DNA of 64,000 bases, from positions 2,356,001-2,420,000 of the forward strand of contig OZ176058.1 in NCBI GenBank assembly GCA_964247055.1. The letters are read 5' to 3'. Under the pieces are notes generated by a model that saw nothing but the letters and a program-made list of their open reading frames with translations, searched no databases and was not told the DNA's origin. Positions 53,005 through 64,000 of this stretch are shown here, in pieces. The DNA comes from Paragordius varius. Its lineage: Eukaryota > Animalia > Nematomorpha. Positions within the stretch are counted from its first letter, which is position 1. Every line of letters starts with the position of its first letter. The translations under genes and the position numbers were made by a program.

Positions 53005-55050
53005 TTACCTGGACTCGTCATTTTAGCATTTTTTCAAAAGGAATATTTACTATACAAATTTTTAGTATTTAATTCAGTTTGCATTCTTCACTTAGAAAGC
53101 AGCGTTACGCTGCTTGAATTATTTGTATGACATAGTTAAAGTAAATCATAGTATGTGTGTGACCAATTTTTAACAAAGCACTTTAAAATATAAATAGATG
53201 AATGATTTTATTACATTAATAAATCATTACTTTGTTATGTTGTAATGTTTTTACAGTAATATTAGAATTTTACAGACATAAAATTTTTTAAGGCATAATA
53301 TAAGAAGGACAGCCATACATTTTCAAAACTTGTTTTTCTTACATTATATATTAATTAATTTTAAAGTTATCGGACAAAAATATAACTAATATTTTTCTAA
53401 AAGACAACTATTTTAAATCTTGATATCTAATATATGTGTTTGTTTTAAACTGTAAAGTATAAAATAGAGATGTAAATTGGTAGCACAGTCCATTATATAT
53501 TTTACGATTTCAATGTTTTTCTATTACAGTTTGTTTTAAAATATGGATGTCTTTTGAAAGAATTTTTTTCTATTTTTACGTCTTTTCCGTATAATTTCAA
53601 TTTTACATTTCTACTTTGCAATGTAAAATAATGAGTTATTTAATAAATATTCACAGTAAAACAATTAATATCTTTTAAATTTTAAGTTTTTTCAGTATAA
53701 TAACATTTGATATAAATTATTTTGGTATTAGCGTGTTTCTTTTATTTTATTCTCTATATTATTTGGAGTAAACTTAAGATAAAATTATAATATTTTTTAG
53801 AGAGCAGTGTTATTCGTAAATACTTTAATATAAATGAAATAGGTGGATATAATTTTTAAGTTATAATATATAAATGGCCGATATTTTATCCTTTCATGAT
53901 AAAATCTTCTGAAAATTTTTATTGTTTTGTTCCGTTAACATTTATGTTTTATCAATTTATTAATAACTTATTCGATTATATATATACATATGATCTACCA
54001 ATTATTGTTGGATCTTATATTTTACGTCTAACATACCAATTATCTGTTTAACAAACACAGTGTGCAAATTTGGGGATAGATTTTTTCTCAGAATATTATT
54101 CCTAGCTTAATATGACCGTTGTGTCATATCCATCTCAAAAAAGTAAGGATAAAAAAATGTCAATATAGAAAAAAAAATTCCACTTTTTCCATATATGGTT
54201 ATATTCGGAAAAAATCAATATATTTGCATAACTCTTGATCAAAAATTATAAACTCATATATAATTAAATAATTTTGGAAATTTTAGAAATTTTGGTTCAA
54301 TATTAGATAGATTTAAAAACCTTAATTTATTAAATCCTAATTTAGGCCTTTATATTAGTAACATAAAATATACTCGATGAAAATTAATATAAGTGCCAAA
54401 ATTAACATTATTTGTAAATATTAACATTTGTTATATAATAATATAATTATTACACATACACAAAGTTATAAATTTTTGATTTACTAAAATAAAATTAATA
54501 TATTTCAAAATAAATTATCGTTAGATGAATATTTTTAATTATTTTTATTCCCATTGCCTCTATTTATTGCAAGTTATTAAGAATAATTATTGATGAGACT
54601 ACGTCATAGCGGAGCGTGACAGGGCTAGCTAGTATCTCATAAAATGATAATAATCCATAATATCTTAAATTGTATCATTATTTTTTGAATTATCCTTAAT
54701 TATCCTTAATTTTCAATTTTTGCCCGATTTCGATTTTCTCTCAATAATTTAAAAACTAGGTGGTCCACAAATAAAAATTTTTGTGGCAAATGAAAGGCCC
54801 GGAGAGGGCAACCAAACTTACTTAGATTAAGCCAATTATCATATTTTCTTTTTATCCATTAATCATAACTCTTTTTTATCCATTAGCCAGGATGGGAGCT
54901 TACAATCGGTTGCCCGGCCTAATTTCTCTGTTTTTGCTTTCACCAACTATAATTGGTCTTAAATCTATAAATACTCAGTATATATACAAACTCCTAACTG
55001 ACAGTCTTTGCCAGTGCTCATTATGTGTGGCTGATGAGTCCACAACAAGG
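53005..55050 (+). repeat. About 2-kb composite segment, copy 2
   Basis: Shared blocks include TTAGAAAGCAGCGTTA, TTAGAGAGCAGTGTTATT, GTGTGCAAATTTGGGGATAGATTTTTTCTCAG and GACAGTCTTTGCCAGTG. Confidence 0.9.
54545..54635 (+). mobile_element. Helitron 3' terminus (family 1); further copies at about 26490-26570 and 44420-44505
   Basis: GTCAT(A)GC-GGA-GCGTGAC hairpin followed by AGGGCTAGCTAG|T. Confidence 0.65.
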
Positions 55051-55067
55051 ACGAACGCGTCTCACAC
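55025..55067 (+). ncRNA. Penelope-type minimal type-I hammerhead ribozyme, missing one core A
   Basis: GUGUGG-CUGAUGA-GUCC-ACAACAA-GGAC-GAA-CGCG-UC-UCACAC: stem I 6 bp, stem II 4 bp, palindromic CGCG stem III; GAAA core reads GAA. A truncated copy lies at 26828-26854. Confidence 0.65.
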
Positions 55068-56715
55068 TATGACACGTACTAAACACTGTCCTCTTTAAAG
55101 GGTTCGTTTCATAAAATCACCTATTGCTTGATAGGAAGTACTATGACTTCTAATTGCAAAGGTGGGCTAAGTATATAATTTGCATAACATGTTTTATATT
55201 TAATATAAAGATGGCGTTTTCTACCTAAGTTTTGTAATAATGTAATCTTTATGACATAAGCTAATTAACACCTTATAATCTATCGTCGTTTTATATCTAA
55301 TATCGATTTGAAGTTTTGAACATCTTATTATGGAATATATGCTTTATTATAGCATTAGGCGCAAAATAATCAAAATGTAATATTGAATAATACTCATCTC
55401 AAACTTTTTCACTGCCATTTTAATTTTTTAAATTGCTAATTGTTATGTATAATAACTTAATTGTTTTTGTTAACTTAACTCAATTAATCTTATTTTAGTT
55501 ACCTTTGAAAATATAATTTGTGCATAATACACCTTTGTACTTGTTACGCTAAAAATGTATATTATCTTGGTTGTGAATGCTTTTACCTAAATAATGTAAT
55601 ATTGAACCTTATGCAAATATATAACTTGTGAATGCTTTCATCTAAATATTGAAATATTTAACCTTATGCAAAAATGCAACCTCGCTCTAAAACTATATAT
55701 AATGGAACATAGTTTTTTATGATATAAAAATAAATTCCTTTTTTCCGCTTATTACACTAATACAATAAATGTATATGGTTTCAACTTAATAGTTAAATTT
55801 AATAGGCTTTCACGCTGCATTTTACCAGTAAAAGCTTGCTATTTTTAATTTAAATTCGACGATGCTCAAATCGCTTCTTACTTTTAATTTAAAGGTGCGT
55901 TTGCTATAAATTTTTGGTTATTTTTTGTGAAAAAACATTTATATTAAAGACGATAACCAAAATTCTGAGATAGATATGTTCATCATCGAAGTATTTTATA
56001 ATATTTTAATTATACTGTTGACACCATGCCCCAAAATAGTGTTAAGTAAAAAATTTTGAAAAAAATATACATTTTTCAATAATATCTTTTATTGATTAGC
56101 ATATATTTAAATATTTATCTCGCAACCACAGTATTTTTGCGTTTATTTTGAGTGACCTAGCCCATTTTCGAAGAGAGAAAATATGTGAACTTTCAAAGTC
56201 AACATCTAAAATAAAATTTTTTTGGTATATGCTTTCTATATACAGTTTATAATATATTTTAATGAAATTTTTGTAATGAAGCATTTAGTTTTCAGCAAAA
56301 AATTCATTTTAATAGATGTGCGCAAATTTTGACACATATTCTCTTATCGATCACTTACCATAAAATAAATAACCACTTTAAATCATTTATAATGGCCAAA
56401 AAAAGCATTATCCTATCAAAGTATGTATAATTTCATCAGGGTATTTTTTGTTGCAGTCATTGTTAAAACTAAATCTAGTATTTAATTAAAAAACTCCTTA
56501 TATTAAATAGATGGTTGATTTTCACTAATTATATAGAAGAAAATAGAGATTTATTTTAAATTGCATATTTTAAACTAAACATTATATGATTTATGAAGTT
56601 AGTTCATAACTTATTCGAATTATCATCTAAACATTTAAACGCAAAAGGATATATTTTTCATAAAATTCATTATTATAAATATTTGTTTGCACACTGTGTA
56701 TTAAATTTTTGGACC

Positions 56716-56747
<32 letters not shown>

Positions 56748-57273
56748 CAGTAAAAATTGAAATATGTCTTTTATAAAAAAAACAATTTAAACTTGATTTT
56801 AATATGTAAAAATGAATAAATATATAAATTGTAACACACTTCCTTATAAAATTTAAAAAAAATATATGTAGAATATTAAGTCATAGTAGTATGGTTGTCT
56901 TTTTATGACATTTACTTATGATGTCATTAATATGGTCAAAGTTTGCTACCTCAGATGGATTTCTAACTACCATATATATCAACAATTTTGATATTGGGCC
57001 AAATATTATATATCTATTTTATGGCCTATTGCATTAGTAATATTTTGTAAAAAAATGTTATTAAAAATCGATTATTGAATAAAATTTTTTATATATTTCG
57101 GTTTATTAATGTTTAAAAGTGCAAAATTTTGCCATGGTTTCGATTCTTTCCATACTTTTTAAAGTATTTGATTTTTAACAGGCTGGGGTATCCAACTACC
57201 CCAATTTGAATCGAAGAACTAAAATGAGTGTGTTGTATCCAAGTGTTAAAGCATTCTCTAAATAGGTAGCATA

Positions 57274-57840
57274 TTAACACTTGGATACAACATTCATTTT
57301 AGTCCTTCGATTCAAATTGGGGTAGTTAAATACCCCAGGCCTGTTTGAATCTAAATTCTTTTAAAAATATGAAAGGAATCGAAACCATGGCAAAATTTTG
57401 CACTAATATAACATTACGAAATATATAAAAAAATTTATTCAAAAATACTTGATATTACCTATTTTAAGCTAAAACCGAACTGTCAATGTGACATGTAGGC
57501 AAAGGTAAAATTAAAAAATAATACAAAATAAACCCTTTTTCTGTTTATATTAATGTTAGATGTAATTTAAATAAAAAATAAGCTTTAATTTTACCCTTAA
57601 AATCAGTGAAAGACGATGTTTTGCAAAAATTTTGTAAAATAAAAATGGCGGCGAAGTAGTTTGACATGGAACTTTTTCAAAACAAAATTTCATTTAGATA
57701 TTTTGGTATATTTATATAATTTTTATTAGGATAGAAGCATAAATTTAAATTGAGACCGTTTCCTTCAGTAGTTTTTTAAAAATATAAAATCAAATTTAGT
57801 CTAGGGTATTTAGATACCCCAAATTAAATCAAAGTGTTAA
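57274..57840. mobile_element. piggyBac-like MITE (TTAA-flanked, CACTT ends, asymmetric internal inverted repeats)
   Basis: TTAA-CACTTGGATACAAC...CTTCGATTCAAATTGGGG left, CCCCAAATTAAATCAAAGTG-TTAA right. Other copies: 44821-45411 (opposite orientation), 61920-62470, partial 57060-57249, decayed about 41860-42260 and 59100-59300. Confidence 0.75.
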
Positions 57841-58361
57841 AATACTTGTTTACTATTATTTTCGTTATTATTTCAGTGGTTTTTGAATAACTTGATAAAT
57901 ATGATTTTAAATTCGAATATTTAAATAGTATATATAGGGCGGCCAAATATGCATTTATGCGCAAGATTTATGTATCATAATCATTTAAACTTTTAGGCTG
58001 CTTTTTTGGATTTGATAAAACAGTCAAAAAAATGTAATCGTAATTGTGTAAAGCAGCAAGTTCTTTTTGATTTTTAAAATGAGCTGTTTGTTTCAGGATT
58101 TCTGGGATATTTCTATTTAGTACACCAAAAGTTTTAATACAATAATGTAACCATTTTTAATGCTGGGAACAACCTTTGAAAATTGAAATTTAAGCCAAAC
58201 AATAAAACAGTAGTTTTTATGCTCTGGGCTCAAAAATTACCCAAAATGTGATGTATAGAAAATACAAAATTTAATAACTATGTTTTTTAAAATTTTTTCT
58301 GACCGCGTTATATTTATAGATTTTTGGGTAATTGGCTTATTGAACAATCGTAAATTATTTA

Positions 58362-58922
58362 TACCATTTGGACGTCAAGAGTGTCCTTGACTACTACAAA
58401 TTGGTCCTTAGTGTTTTTGACTTTAAGTTGGTCCGAACATTTCAAAAGTTTCCTTAAATACTTTAAATTGGTTTTTTGACTTTTTTGATTTATTCTTAAA
58501 TTTTATAAACCATCTATTATTGACATGGTTTTTCATATATTTTATTTGACCTATTCCCTATATTAACCATAAATTTGAAAATTTAAATCAATATCCACTT
58601 TAATCATCATATAATATTTTTAAAAAATTATTATACATACATTTTTTTTCACATAATTAAAAATATGTATATGTTCTCTGGGTTATTTACAATTCATGCA
58701 TTTATAAATAAATAATGATAAAAAAATAGTTTAAACCAAAAAAAGTGGTTTATTTTATTTTTTAATGAATAAATATATAATAAATAAAAAAATAGGTCTT
58801 GCAAAAATTATGGTTTCCATACTTAAAGTTTGAAGGATAACTTAAAATGTTCAAGGACACTCTTGAAATGTTCAAGGACAATCTTGAAAAGTTCTAATAC
58901 ACTCTTGAAGTGCAATTGATAT
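58362..58922. mobile_element. Foldback-like MITE family A copy
   Basis: TACCATTTGGACGTCAAGAGTGTCC ... CACTCTTGAAGTGCAATTGATA with degenerate 21-bp units. Confidence 0.7.
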
Positions 58923-59587
58923 ATAATAATACATGTTTTAAAATTAATTTGTTATAAAATAAATTTATCACTATCAAATAGCTCTCCCACAACCATGTAG
59001 CAATTATTTTAAATAAATATTTTAATTCTTATAGAAACTATATTAAGTTTCTTATTAATTGTAGTAACTATAGATCCCAAACTATATTTAATTTGATAAT
59101 TTTTAAAAACTACTGAAAGAAGCGGTAACAAATTTATGCTTCCATCTTAAAAGTATTAATAAGCCAAAAAATCTGAATAAAAAGTGAAAAATTTTCCATA
59201 TCAAACTGCCTCGATGCCATTTTTTGTTTAGAACATTTTGAATATCGTTATTTGATTCTAAGCTAAAATAAAAACTATTTATTTAAACATAAATATAAAT
59301 AGAAATTTATTTTGCATTTTTTTATATTTAGCTAATGCATACATGTCATGCACTCTAAATTTTAACCTTGAGATTATTCCAAAAAATAAGTAATATGAAA
59401 TTTTCTTAAATGAATCTTTTTATAATTCACTGCATTAATGTTATGTTAGTACATATTTTTGCAATAATTAAAATTTGTTTTATATTTTCACAAATATTTA
59501 ATTATAAAGAGCTGGGGCCCCCAAAGACTTTTTATCGCAGCGAACTGAAATGAATGCGTAGAAATCAAGTGTTATTTACAATGCGTA

Positions 59588-60128
59588 ATTTATATATTTA
59601 TAAAAATGGAAAATGCTGGCTTTGGGATCTGGTATATAATCATTAATGAATGCCCCGACAATAGGTTCGCTGTTTTTATAAAATAGGCTCCAGTTCGGGC
59701 CCACCCCGTGTAAAAAACGGATTTTTTTAAAAAACAGAAGTCCACAAAAATCGTGTCTTTGAGACATTTTCCGGAGACCATTCAATTTCAAATATGATTT
59801 TTGATGTTATTTTGGATTGCCCCGAACATAGTCGGCTCGCTTTTTTAATTTGGGCCCACTATTTAGCCGCTCCCCCCGTAAAATGCCATCTTTTTCCAAA
59901 AACAAAGTCCACAAAACTAATTTTTTGAATCTATTTTTTGCCCAAGTAAACAATATATTAGTATGAATGCACCGTTTTGAGTTCCTATGAGATCATAGCA
60001 ATTAAATAATGTTTCGAAATAATTCACATATGTGGATCATTTTATTGTCCCTTATTTCAAAAAGACCCCCCCCCCCAGAAGTCCGAAGGACTTCCTCGGG
60101 CTGCGTAGCAGCACGAGATTTACGCTAG
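59588..60128 (+). mobile_element. Non-autonomous Helitron (family 2); 5' body shared with 43308-43700
   Basis: 3' hairpin CTCGGGCTGC-GTA-GCAGCACGAG, 7 nt, then CTAG|T; extra hairpin GAAGTCC-GAA-GGACTTC; about 370-bp homology to 43330-43700. Confidence 0.7.
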
Positions 60129-61195
60129 TATCCCTATATAACAAAATTCGTATATTTTTATTAATATTATTATTAACATTAAGTATTAATAAGAAGCATA
60201 TTTTATATTATTTATAATCAATTTATATAAATACACCTGTATAGAATTTTAAAGTAATATCTTATAACTGATATGGAAATTAATTACCTCGACTCAGACC
60301 AGTAAACTTAGATCAGGGGGTGTCCAACAATGGCTTCACGGGCCGCATTTTTATGTAAAAAAAGGGCGGCTTATCCATGGGTATTCATAGAAAATTTATT
60401 ATATAAAAAAATGTTTATAAACTTTACTATGAGTTTGTGAGCAAAAATATGTTTATCAACTTTACTATGAGTTTGTGAGAATATTTTTGGAACTTAAATA
60501 CATTTTCGCAGGCCACACTTAATGTTTTAGGTGGTCGCGTATTGGACACTTTTCGCTTAAATCAAAGTCGATTTTCCACTATTTAGTAACTGTAAAGTAC
60601 GGTTTGTTTAATAATATTAACTGTTGTTATAAACAATGATAATAAGTGATACAATTATATATGAATATTATAAAATTTATTTTATCAAATTGTTTTAAAT
60701 AATCTACCGAATCAAAGGATCCCGAATATATTTTCGAAACATCAGAGAAAAAACATAAAATTATACACAATCTCACTTATTTGATTATTATATTAAAACA
60801 TCGTCTTAGTTTTTAGTTTAGTTTAAATATAATTCCACACCTACCGTATTTTCTAGAACCTCTTAGATTTTCTTAAGATGAGTTGATATTCCAAGTTTTT
60901 GGCTTTAGCGATATATGGTCGAATTGAAACGCAGAAGCCGAAATGGAATATGTCAGGTATGGTTTTATCAAGAATTTGACTATATAGTTTCATACGTTAC
61001 AGTAAGTACTGAAATTATACGTAACGTCAAAACAAGACAAATAAAACAAAAAAGACACCATACCATTTGTAAACCTTATAATGCCCATATATTTTATACA
61101 ATTTTTAATTATACCATGAATGTAATAATAATTTATATGCCCATTTCCAATTTTGTAACACTGATTTATATAAAAATTAATATTTTAAAGTGCCA

Positions 61196-61202
<7 letters not shown>

Positions 61203-61266
<64 letters not shown>
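61203..61266. repeat. (TA)n microsatellite; others at about 29480-29533, 40458-40490, 52945-52990
   Basis: Direct inspection. Confidence 0.95.
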
Positions 61267-61270
<4 letters not shown>

Positions 61271-61919
61271 TTTCTTTATTCAGCTATATGAGGACATTTA
61301 AGAATATAAAATAATTCTACCAGAATATCCCATATACTAGAGCCAAGTAATCAAGCATTTATTTAATTATAGACGAATTATATATAAAAGAACACTAAAA
61401 ACTTGAGTAACATATTTTGATTGTTGAAATAATTATTTGATTGTTGGAATCATATATGGTGGAAAAAACATCCTAATTTTATTTTTCAGCCTCTAAGAAA
61501 CTTATAAGAATTGCAGTGGCGTAGTAGGGCGGGATTGGGAGCAAATGCACCGCGCGCCATAGTTTAAAGGCGCCGGATTTTAAAAAATTTTAATTTTATT
61601 AAAAAAATAGTGTTTAAAAGTTTTTATTTAATAATACATATAAAAATCACCTATGAGGGGTCTGACTTTTAATTTTTGATCAAAATTCTCCTTTTGTATT
61701 ATCAAAATTTAAATCTAAACAACTGTTTCATATCTTTATTAATTATATCTATCCACTTTATCTTAAATCGCCTACCTTTCTTAACCTCAACCTGCTCATA
61801 TCATTAAAATCACCAAAGTGTCAGATATAAGGATAAGATCATTATTATATATACTAGAATAATACGGACAAAACGTAAAATTATAAAGAGAAATATTTTT
61901 TCTAAAGAAAACCATACTT

Positions 61920-62470
61920 TTAAACACTTGGATACAACACATTCATTTCAGTCCTTCGATTCAAATTGGGGTAGTTGGATACCCCAGGCCTGTTTAAAAT
62001 TAAATTCTTTAAAAATATGATAGGAACTAAAACCGAGGCAAAATGTATTTATAACATTAATAAACCGAAATATATAAAAAAATTTAGTCAAAAAAACTTG
62101 ATACCTATTTTAAGCTAAAACCGAAAGGTAAAAATTTTGTCAACGTGACTTGTGTGAAATGGAAAAATTAAAAAATAATACAAAATAAACCGTGTTTCTA
62201 TCAATGAGATGTGATTTAAATAAAAAATTAGCTTTAATTTTACCCTAAAAATAAATGAAGACTATATTTTACAAATATTTTGTAAAATAAAAATGGCGTC
62301 GAAGTAGTTTGACATGATTTTTAAAAACAAAATTTATAGATAATTTGGCATATTTCTATTAGAATAAAAGCATAAATTGGAATTGGGACGGTTTCCTTCT
62401 GTAGTTTTTTTAAAAAACCTAACTTAAATTTAATCTGGGGTATTTAGATACCCCAGTTTGAATCGAAGGA
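61920..62470. mobile_element. piggyBac-like MITE nested inside a Tc1-type MITE (61858-62680)
   Basis: Tc1-MITE left arm stops at ...ACCATACTTT and its remainder resumes after about 62470. Confidence 0.7.
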
Positions 62471-62706
62471 GGACCATTTCTTAAAATATAACTCATTGTT
62501 TCGAATTGCAATTTATAAAATTGATATGTATATTGGTGACAATCAATTCTATATATAACAAATGTAATTAAATAGCTTATATAGAAAAAATTAAGGTTTG
62601 AAAAAGTATGGTTGTCTTTTAGATAAAAATATTTGTCTTTATATTTTTACGTTTTCCGTATAATTTAAGTTTTTACTGTATGTTTGTTATCTTTAAAAAT
62701 TATATA

Positions 62707-63388
62707 TACCATTTGCACTTCAAGAGTGTCCTTGAACACTTCAAGATGGTCCTTGAACATTTCTAGTTGGTCCTTGAACATTTAAAGTTAGTTCTTGAAA
62801 ACTTCAAGTTGGTCTTTTGAATTTTTTGTTTTGTTTTTAACTTTTATCAATCAAATCGTAAATAATTCATCTGTTTTATTGTTTTTAACCTATTTTCTAT
62901 TATTTAACATAAATTTTAGTTCGATATCAAATTTTAATGTTTGAGAAACCGTATATCTTTTTCTTATACTAATTTTAGATATTTATGAATTTAACACGAA
63001 ATGAAATGTAAGTTTTCTGGGTTATCAATTAAAATTTTTCATTAAAAACATTTAAAAGTCAATGTTCAATTGAAAAAAAATAGTTTGAAACAAAAAAGTG
63101 GTTTTTCAATAAAAATTTTTATTTTTAATATAATAAATAAAGAAAATTAGGTTAATGAATAAAAAATAAAAAAATAAATGCAAATATTATGTTAAATCAA
63201 ATTTATAAATTTTAAGGACCAATTTGAAGTGTTAAGGACCAACTTGAATTGTTCAAGGACCAACTTGAAATGTTCAACGACCAACTTGAACTGTACAAGG
63301 ACCAACTTGAAATGTTCAAGGACCAACTTGAACTGTTCAAGGACCAACTTGAGGTTTTCAAAGACACTCTTGAATTGCAAATAATATA
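62707..63388. mobile_element. Foldback-like MITE family A copy with the longest 21-bp array (about 63210-63375)
   Basis: TACCATTTGCACTTCAAGAGTGTCC left end; about 8 GGACCAACTTGAAATGTTCAA units on the right, which generate the spurious heptad ORFs 63192-63409. Confidence 0.85.
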
Positions 63389-64000
63389 TAATGTGATTGA
63401 CGAAATCATGCGATGTTTACAACGCTAAGTAATTTTAAGTATGGTATTAACGCTCGTTATATAAGAGGGCATCTTATTAAAATCTTGTGTCAAAATGAGT
63501 CTGATTTGAAATATAGGGCCAATTGTGTAAAAGCTAATATATACTAAAAACTAGGTTTTTTCCAGTATATACCAGCTATGTATTGAATAAAAAAATATAT
63601 TGCTTTTACTCTCCAGTACGTACTATGTTCACCAGTATTTAACAAATACCATTGATTAAACCTAGTCCTTACTGGTTTTTTAAGCTTGTAAATGGCAACA
63701 ATTTAAACTATTAATTTTTCACTTAAAATAATATCGGTTATATAATTTTTATAAAATATTTAAAAATGTTTTTTTAAATTACATAATTCATATATATATA
63801 TATATATAAATAAATATAAACATATTTATATATTTTTAAATATCATTTGTTTTATTATCAATAAGAATTTTTTACTTCTCTATTCTAAGCTTTGTGAGTA
63901 TATGAGTTCCATGTAAGTGGGTTCCTTTTTACCTTTCCAAAATTAAATAAACAAATACTCGGTTTTAATTCCTTCGTTTCTGATTTGATTTCTATTTTAA

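Noticed and set aside
55565-55675. About 50-bp two-copy tandem repeat; this and the 21-bp arrays were considered as CRISPR-like
   Set aside because: No unique spacers and a eukaryotic context; simple local duplication.
56096-56284. Minus-strand ORF SLKINAKILWLRDKY resembling an APN C-terminus
   Set aside because: Opposite strand to the other fragments, needs a gap, and has no supporting exons.
60909-61001. Possible orphan exon with good acceptor and donors (60957 or 61002)
   Set aside because: No recognisable protein similarity or partner exons.
63192-63409. ORFs with 7-aa repeats (HFKLVLE; also 29855-30253 and 30537-30628)
   Set aside because: Translation artefacts of the 21-bp MITE arrays.
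210-64000. Most remaining 60-105 aa ORFs in the track
   Set aside because: Low-complexity F/I/K/L/N translations of AT-rich repeats, or antisense shadows of TE and gene ORFs.

Overview
AT-rich invertebrate-type eukaryotic DNA with short GT-AG exons, long introns and many transposable elements. Spliced genes reconstructed by hand: (1) the last 9 exons of a heme peroxidase (chorion peroxidase/peroxinectin-like; +, 737-9488); (2) a convergent 2-exon 159-aa secreted prepropeptide (-, 12051-12858) with dibasic/furin sites, an acidic Tyr-rich peptide and a C-terminal amphipathic helix ending in Gly; (3) a decayed M1-aminopeptidase-like gene, of which only C-terminal exons were found (+, about 22.6-31.9 kb), with weaker fragments of a second copy near 49-50 kb; (4) a 6-exon four-TM protein gene (+, 38438-41170) with a frameshift in its first coding exon. 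Mobile DNA: a hAT/Blackjack-like transposon (15728-21552, 8-bp TSD) carries a full-length RTE LINE (15919-19392, 13-bp TSD). The LINE starts exactly at G1 of a compact HDV-like ribozyme fold, and its RT carries a PHD-like Cys/His insert. Also present: a rearranged BovB-like RTE, mariner and Harbinger relics, Helitron ends, a Penelope-type hammerhead relic, several MITE families and kb-scale duplications. All calls are by eye; repeat boundaries are approximate.
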